A DNA stretch of 64,000 nucleotides from a virus. The translations under genes and the position numbers were made by a program. Of the stretch, positions 63,808 through 64,000 are shown piece after piece; position 1 is the stretch's first letter, and each line of letters begins with the position of its first letter. The stretch lies in IMG/VR virus record IMGVR_UViG_3300046463_000164; one strand, written 5' to 3'. Below the pieces are notes generated by a model. That model was not told the origin of the DNA and made no database searches. It worked only from the letters and a program-made list of their open reading frames with translations.

Positions 63808-64000
63808 AATAACCTGTATTGTAGTTTAAACGAAAGCTTGTATTACTCAAGCAACAAACACTTATACCGCTTATGATGATTGGCTCTGCCTTTGGCCACA
63901 TCACACATACGAGGAAAATTTAGACCTTGTTCCTTGCAGAACCTAGTCAAGTTTTCAACGATTACTTCATCGCCGTCTGGAGTTATTATCTTCCACAACT

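Overview
A 64-kb segment of a large T4-like (Tevenvirinae/Straboviridae-type) myophage genome; the host cannot be determined from sequence. (1) About 1-6.6 kb is an array of short leftward genes, each with its own sigma70-type promoter, paired ATAG-N7-CTAT boxes and a terminator. Here the dinucleotide TG/CA is almost eliminated, even at the cost of His, Gln, Cys, Trp and Met. (2) About 6.6-8.3 kb is ORF-poor and repeat-rich. (3) About 8.4-25 kb holds leftward accessory and replication genes: NADAR, a stand-alone degenerate terminase-ATPase-like protein, YqeY, a NadR-like kinase, an HD hydrolase, RNA ligase, a metallophosphoesterase, primase, gp46/47, gp55 sigma and RNase HI. (4) A promoter- and terminator-bounded structured ncRNA candidate of about 320 nt lies at 25.3-25.7 kb. 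(5) Holin-like genes precede a rightward late structural operon (gp6, tail fibres, gp13-gp23). (6) A GIY-YIG homing endonuclease and NAD salvage genes (NAMPT, NMNAT-Nudix) follow. (7) A leftward tRNA cluster has about 16 tRNAs with a readable anticodon, several atypical tRNA-like or structured RNAs, a secreted nuclease and a probable capsid-packaged protein. The strongest candidate for an undescribed system is the TG/CA-free early region with its LysR/OxyR-like operator-promoter cassettes. All assignments come from motif recognition by eye; no database searches were run.
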